Positions 58,991 to 64,000 of a stretch of DNA of 64,000 bases are shown here, in pieces. A program made the position numbers and the translations under genes. Source of the stretch: a virus (lineage: Duplodnaviria > Caudoviricetes); IMG/VR virus record IMGVR_UViG_3300028832_000112, positions 32,001-96,000 of that record. The stretch is one strand, 5' to 3'. The stretch's first letter is position 1. Each line of letters begins with the position of its first letter. Below the pieces are notes generated by a model, which was not told the origin of the DNA, made no database searches, and saw only the letters and a program-made list of their open reading frames with translations.

Positions 58991-60439
58991 GCGGTCGCAA
59001 GCTCACACCCTTTAGGGTGTGGGTAAGACCCGCAGTAACAAATGTAAGAAATAAATAACATTAGAAAGCCTCACAATTATTGTATATTTGAGTTAAGATA
59101 CTATAAACTTTAATTGAAGTCAAGAAATTTAACATGGAAGCGATAAGAAGCGAAGATACGAAGGCTAAGATACGGGCGAGCATGTCCGCAACGAAGGCCA
59201 GACGGCAGACACAAGTCTGCCGAGTATTCGAGCTTAAAGTTTCCATACGGCACAACCCGAAATCGGTGTTCGATAAGATGTCCCAATGCTTCAAGGAAGC
59301 GAAATGGGTAATTAACGACATGCTGTCGCTATCCAAGGATAATCCCGACAACAGTATGTTCGACTACAAGTACACCGACCATAAGGATGTTGTTCATTAT
59401 GACAAGGACAAGAATGCGGTCACGTCGTCAATCACCTTGCCTTCCGTCCTCCATCGAGCGACAGTTGCCCAGAAGAAGACCGACATAGTGAACTTGGCCA
59501 AGGCAAAGTCACATGGCCGAAAGATTGGCGCATTGAAGTTCAAGCGACAAGTGGACTGCATACCCATTATCACTGGTTTCACACAGATTATTGATGGTTG
59601 TCGTATAACTATTCCTGGGTTCAAGAAAATCCGTGTAAACGGGTTAAACCAGCTTCACCAGTTCGAAACATTTGAACTAGCCGATGCCAAGCTGGTTCGC
59701 AAGGCATCTGGCTATTATGTAAAGATTAGCATAATGCTTCCGAAATCATCAAGGAAACCTACCAACCGAGAGGTTGGTCTTGATTTCGGAATAAAGGATT
59801 CCATAACGACATCAAACGGCGACAAGTACAACTGCAAAGTGCAAGAATCGGAACACCTGAAGTACCTTTCAAAAATGTTGAACAGGCACAAGACAGAGAA
59901 GGGTTCCAAGCGGCGTTGGAGATGTAAGTGTCAACTGGCTAGGGAATATGAACATTTGGCAAATATACGAAAGGATATTGCCAACAAGATATACAACAGG
60001 CTAGTAACCGATTATGATGTTATCTACTTCCAAGATGAGCAGATTAAGAACTGGCAGAAAGGGTTGTTCGGCAAGTCCGTACAGTCTTCCTGTCTAGGTT
60101 CGTTGAAACAACGACTTGTCGCTCTCGAAGCGAGTGGACGTAGTTTCAAAATCTCAAAGTGGGAACCTACCACCAAGCTATGTCCGATGTGTGGTTGCAT
60201 AAACCACCCGACACTTGCAGACCGAATCTACAAGTGCGATTGCGGATATACGATGGACAGGGACATCCATTCTGCTCGCGTAGTCTTGATGATTGGCTCG
60301 TCTAAAAGAGCCGAGTGCATGGAACATGCCTCCGCTGAGGTAGCCGCCTCTATGCCTCCCAGTTCTACTGGGTTAGCACAAGTGGCTCCGTCGAAGCGAA
60401 AACTCGAAGCTCACAGCCTTTAGGCTGTGGGTAGTTCAC
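58984..60439 (+). mobile_element. IS200/IS605-family (IS1341-like, tnpB only) element
   Basis: paired subterminal hairpins AAGCTCACACCCTTTAGGGTGTGGGTA / AAGCTCACAGCCTTTAGGCTGTGGGTAGTTCAC; TTGA(C) target; no TSD. Confidence 0.85.
59134..60423 (+). CDS. tnpB: TnpB with atypical RuvC-II
   Basis: GLDFGIKD, YFQDEQ, PTTKLCPMCG..CDCG, DRDIHSA. Confidence 0.88.
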   Translation: MEAIRSEDTKAKIRASMSATKARRQTQVCRVFELKVSIRHNPKSVFDKMSQCFKEAKWVINDMLSLSKDNPDNSMFDYKYTDHKDVVHYDKDKNAVTSSITLPSVLHRATVAQKKTDIVNLAKAKSHGRKIGALKFKRQVDCIPIITGFTQIIDGCRITIPGFKKIRVNGLNQLHQFETFELADAKLVRKASGYYVKISIMLPKSSRKPTNREVGLDFGIKDSITTSNGDKYNCKVQESEHLKYLSKMLNRHKTEKGSKRRWRCKCQLAREYEHLANIRKDIANKIYNRLVTDYDVIYFQDEQIKNWQKGLFGKSVQSSCLGSLKQRLVALEASGRSFKISKWEPTTKLCPMCGCINHPTLADRIYKCDCGYTMDRDIHSARVVLMIGSSKRAECMEHASAEVAASMPPSSTGLAQVAPSKRKLEAHSL

Positions 60440-60458
60440 CAAGGAAGCACGATACAAG

Positions 60459-60815
60459 ATGCTTGAGGACTCTTTCAAGGAGAGTCTTGAAGGTGACTGG
60501 CGAGGGAATCCGCCAGTCGAAGCCGATTTCCGAAAGTTGTTCGACGAAATGGCACCGAAGCTGTCCGAGATCGAGTTTAATGACTGTTTCGTAGACATTT
60601 CGGTCGTTCGGCAGTGGTTGGACTTCAACTTGTGTTGCCCCGATGAGTTGACGATCACCGCATGCCGTGCTGTCGGTCAAGAGGACGACTCCGTGATGTA
60701 CAGCGTGTCGCACCACAAGACAACGCTGATTATTCATCATAACCAGACGGTAGATAGCCTAGTGGAGGCTGCGAATAAGGCCATCAAGCTGGTTACTGAA
60801 GAAAAAGTTACATAA
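60459..60815 (+). pseudogene. 3' half of the interrupted gene (may restart at ATG 60459)
   Basis: open frame continues upstream to the element's right end. Confidence 0.6.
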
Positions 60816-60820
60816 ACCAC

Positions 60821-60849
60821 TTGACAAACTCGAAAATAAGAGTTATATT
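60821..60849 (+). promoter_or_regulatory. early promoter
   Basis: TTGACA-N17-TATATT. Confidence 0.8.
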
Positions 60850-60869
60850 TTCTGTACAAACCAAACAAC

Positions 60870-62738
60870 ATGAAGGTACAGATGAAACCGAGAACCATTG
60901 ACAACAGCAAACTCGTCAGAAAGCCAGTCGACATCACTGGCTGCCCAGAAGCACTCGACTACGTGACCGATCTGCAGCTCGCCGAGTTCGAGGAGACCTT
61001 GCTGGCTAAGCGCGTTGAGGAACTTCCTATCGCCATGCTCATGTCGTTCGTTGGCCACCAATGGTGGTCTCGCATGATTGCGACTCGCGCTTGCTTTTAC
61101 GGATTCGTGGACTACTGCAAGGAAGTCACCGACAAGATGATTCTCGACAACCGAGTGTTCACTGGCTTCATGTGCGATGCTGGCGGCTGCTGGACTGACC
61201 CCACTGGTATCGTGGCTATCGACTGGGTGCGTGAAAAGGTCATTCTCGGCCCCAAGGAAACTTCCTTTGCCAAGATGACCGTCAGCGAGTTTGCCGACTT
61301 GCTGTCAAGCAAAGATGCGTCCATCTATTGGATTCCCGGTACTGGGGAACGTTATCCGACCTCACCGTCCGACTGGACTTCGTGGTACGGCAAGTACAAC
61401 CTTGGTGGCATTTCCCGCGACCATTACTATCGTGTCAGCAGCCATACCTTGGGTGACGGCGCTTGCGATAACATTATGGACAAGGCCAGACCGTGGTTCC
61501 TCCTGAAGGAAGAATGGGAAGAAATTCTCCGCAGACGAGCCAAGATCACCAGACCCAATACGCTTGCCGAAAAGAAGGCCGCAATGGCTTCTCAGAAGGG
61601 CATCTACATAATGAAGTGGATCGACACGAGAAACGAAGCCGAGCCGAGAGCCAACATCCGTCGTATCGACTCCGTGAAGGTCGTTCCGTTTACCGATGCC
61701 ATCAAGAAAGACCGTAGTGCAGACACTTCCAGACTCATGGAAGATGTCTATGACGAAAAGCGTATGAGAAGACTCACCGACTGGGTGAAGGACAAGCAAG
61801 TTGTCAAGGTGGATTGCAGTGAAGTGTCAGCCGACTTCGGTTATATCGAAGCCAGACATGCCGTCGAGTATTTCCGTCTGGGTACTTGGATTCCGTTCGA
61901 CGATCCGGCGATCATGCGCCGAACATACTGTCCTACCGAAAAGATGCCGATGGAAAGAGTCACCGAGTACAGCACGGCAACGACCGAGTGGTTCACTTGC
62001 AAGAAGGAACTCGTCGAACAGCTGTACCAGAAGTATCTGAGCATGGATCCGTCGAAAACGGTGTCGGATCGCTTTGCCGAAGTCGAGAAGATGCTGCGCA
62101 AGGCCGACAAGAAATCGAAGGTTGAGCTTCCAGAGCGCGTGTTCGATTGTGACCGTAAAGTTCCGTACATCTATAGCGACCACGCTGGCAACTTGATTGT
62201 ATACACAGCCAACTGGAACGATAAGCATGTCAAGTGCAGCCCTTATTCCAAGAAGGTCGCCGACCAGTTCTACAAGACGATCAAGTCGATGTACGAAGGC
62301 AAGTGGGTATGGAACAGAGAACGTGTCGTCCGTATCGACCGAGTGGTAATGGAAGAAAAGTGCCACCGCACATCGGTATTCAAGAAGGAACTCGATGGTG
62401 ACTACATGTGGCCGGAAATCACAATGTATGGCCGCGAGATTGATATATCCAACATGCGTCCGAGGGAAAACGAACACTATTCGACTACCGTTGAAATGAG
62501 AGATAGCTATGACATGAAGAAGATCACCCTCGACAATGCGTTGAAGGAACAAGCAAAACGCATGACGGTGACCACTATCGACGAGATTGTCGACCGTTGC
62601 AAGAAATCTGGCCAGAACGCATCCAGCATCATGCGCCACTGCTATGACGAGTTCGTCAAGGGTCTCCGCGACTTGATCGACGGCAAGTCACCAAAATTCA
62701 ATATTAAGTATCCTTCGGATACTCTCAAGGGAGAATAA
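60870..62738 (+). CDS. large hypothetical protein
   Basis: 622-aa ORF after promoter. Confidence 0.8.
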   Translation: MKVQMKPRTIDNSKLVRKPVDITGCPEALDYVTDLQLAEFEETLLAKRVEELPIAMLMSFVGHQWWSRMIATRACFYGFVDYCKEVTDKMILDNRVFTGFMCDAGGCWTDPTGIVAIDWVREKVILGPKETSFAKMTVSEFADLLSSKDASIYWIPGTGERYPTSPSDWTSWYGKYNLGGISRDHYYRVSSHTLGDGACDNIMDKARPWFLLKEEWEEILRRRAKITRPNTLAEKKAAMASQKGIYIMKWIDTRNEAEPRANIRRIDSVKVVPFTDAIKKDRSADTSRLMEDVYDEKRMRRLTDWVKDKQVVKVDCSEVSADFGYIEARHAVEYFRLGTWIPFDDPAIMRRTYCPTEKMPMERVTEYSTATTEWFTCKKELVEQLYQKYLSMDPSKTVSDRFAEVEKMLRKADKKSKVELPERVFDCDRKVPYIYSDHAGNLIVYTANWNDKHVKCSPYSKKVADQFYKTIKSMYEGKWVWNRERVVRIDRVVMEEKCHRTSVFKKELDGDYMWPEITMYGREIDISNMRPRENEHYSTTVEMRDSYDMKKITLDNALKEQAKRMTVTTIDEIVDRCKKSGQNASSIMRHCYDEFVKGLRDLIDGKSPKFNIKYPSDTLKGE

Positions 62739-63409
62739 TGATGGAACGGAAATATGATTACTCGGCTGTGAGAGCCGCATACGAGGCGGAAATCCCTCGG
62801 CTTAATGAATTGATCCAGCCGTATGGTCTGGAGGCGTCTACATGCGGTGTGTATTTTTACCCAGGCGATGACAAGGTCAAGATAACCATATATGACAAAA
62901 TCGCATACAATGGTATACTTTATATGTGGCTTCCTCCAGAGCCGATGTCCGCAGAGAAGATTTTCGAGGACAGCGTTATTGTCGAGGCCATCCAGCAATA
63001 CAAGGACAATGTGGCTTATATCGAGAAGTTCCAAGCGGAAACCGGAATCATTGTCAAGAATAAGCCGAGCGTGACCATGGACACGCAAGATCGGTACGAC
63101 AATCTGTGGTACGACGAACGTGCGATGGGGCTTATCAAGCTATGGATCACCATGGCAGACCTTGCCAAGTACCTCGACCAGCTGAAGGACAGACCGGAGT
63201 TCAAGACCTACAAGCACTACATCCTCGACATCATCCGCCGTGGGTATTCTGGCCGAACTGGCGCACCGTCTCCGACTACGGAAATCATGGTCGCTCCGTT
63301 CGACAAGTTCGTCGAACGCTGCTACAACAAGAAGCTGGAACAGAAGTACAATGACATGGCCGTAGACTTGATCCAAGAGGCGCTTGGATCAAAACACAAG
63401 GGGAAATAG
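62738..63409 (+). CDS. hypothetical protein
   Basis: TAATG coupling, GGAG SD. Confidence 0.75.
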   Translation: MMERKYDYSAVRAAYEAEIPRLNELIQPYGLEASTCGVYFYPGDDKVKITIYDKIAYNGILYMWLPPEPMSAEKIFEDSVIVEAIQQYKDNVAYIEKFQAETGIIVKNKPSVTMDTQDRYDNLWYDERAMGLIKLWITMADLAKYLDQLKDRPEFKTYKHYILDIIRRGYSGRTGAPSPTTEIMVAPFDKFVERCYNKKLEQKYNDMAVDLIQEALGSKHKGK

Positions 63410-63410
63410 T

Positions 63411-63896
63411 ATGGACGTAGGATCACAGAACGCATATCCGTCTTGTTCGTTGAGCAACTTCGCGGCGCACGAGTTCGTCATCGACGGCGTACGATGCGCT
63501 TCTATGGAAGGCTTCTTGCAGTCGCTGAAGTTCTCCAATCCGGACATGCAAGAATATGTATGCTCCCTTATCGGCATAGCCGCCAAACGCGCCGGAAAGG
63601 GCAAGAACTGGCAGAAGAAGCAGACGCTGTACTGGCGTGGTGAAAAGATCGGACGACGTTCCAAGGAATACCAAGACCTTCTCGACCGTGCCTATCTGGC
63701 GCTGTTCCAGAACCCCGGATTCCGCTGTGCGCTCCGTGCCGCCGGAAATGCCACTTTCACGCATAGCGTGGGCAAGCGCAAGGAAGGCGAGACCGTGCTT
63801 ACTATTCAGGAATTCTGCCACCGTCTGAACTGGCTCCGTGACATGCTGCCGTCTACCGAGGCCGACAGCGTGGAAGCGGTCAAGAAGCTGTGGTAA
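63411..63896 (+). CDS. T4 gp30.3-like NADAR-superfamily protein
   Basis: LSNFA.H.F.IDG..CASMEGFLQSLKF, QTLYWRG, FTHSVG, TVLT..EFC.RL. Confidence 0.85.
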   Translation: MDVGSQNAYPSCSLSNFAAHEFVIDGVRCASMEGFLQSLKFSNPDMQEYVCSLIGIAAKRAGKGKNWQKKQTLYWRGEKIGRRSKEYQDLLDRAYLALFQNPGFRCALRAAGNATFTHSVGKRKEGETVLTIQEFCHRLNWLRDMLPSTEADSVEAVKKLW

Positions 63897-63905
63897 GGAG
63901 GCTGT

Positions 63906-64000
63906 ATGAATGGGTCAGAAATGATGATTGCCGTGTTGATTGTCGGTGCCTTGTTGTTCTTATTTTGCTGGTGGTCTACTAGGGAACCGGAAATAAAGCT
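63906..64000 (+). CDS. partial membrane protein (runs off window)
   Basis: AAGGAGG SD, hydrophobic N-terminus. Confidence 0.55.
   Translation, partial: MNGSEMMIAVLIVGALLFLFCWWSTREPEIK

Overview
A gene-dense, roughly 50% GC segment that looks like a large (jumbo, distantly T4-like) phage genome. The host is probably Fibrobacter-like, inferred from a 1.6k-aa cadherin-repeat protein with a Fibrobacter-type C-terminus and a Fibrobacter/Bacteroidota-style leader peptide. Recognisable genes: NAD-dependent DNA ligase, RlaP-type nucleotidyltransferase, RnlA RNA ligase, AAA ATPase, HNH protein, guanylate kinase, ClpP, NUDIX, patatin, dUTPase, PQ-loop transporter, glycosyltransferase, PARG-like TIGR02452, metallophosphoesterase, two radical-SAM-type proteins, HD protein, NadR-like kinase, SLOG protein, a T4 gp30.3/NADAR homolog and two non-autonomous TnpB elements, among many small hypotheticals. 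Main observations: (1) A strict TTGACA-N17-TATATT promoter family (extended -10 usually TGCTATATT). It puts an ATG 6-7 nt after the -10 box in ten cases (leaderless mRNAs), is often fused into terminators, and often occurs as interlocked divergent pairs. (2) Degenerate stand-alone copies of immune-trigger morphogenesis proteins that may act as decoys: a catalytically dead terminase ATPase domain, capsid Gol-region-like fragments and possibly a tail-tube-like ORF. (3) A dispersed ADP-ribose and RNA-repair counter-defence toolkit. (4) Both TnpB empty sites can be reconstructed, and one element has a pseudoknot/terminator leader. (5) An unannotated RiPP-precursor-like peptide. No tRNA, rRNA or CRISPR array was seen. 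All family calls come from motif recognition by eye, not database searches.
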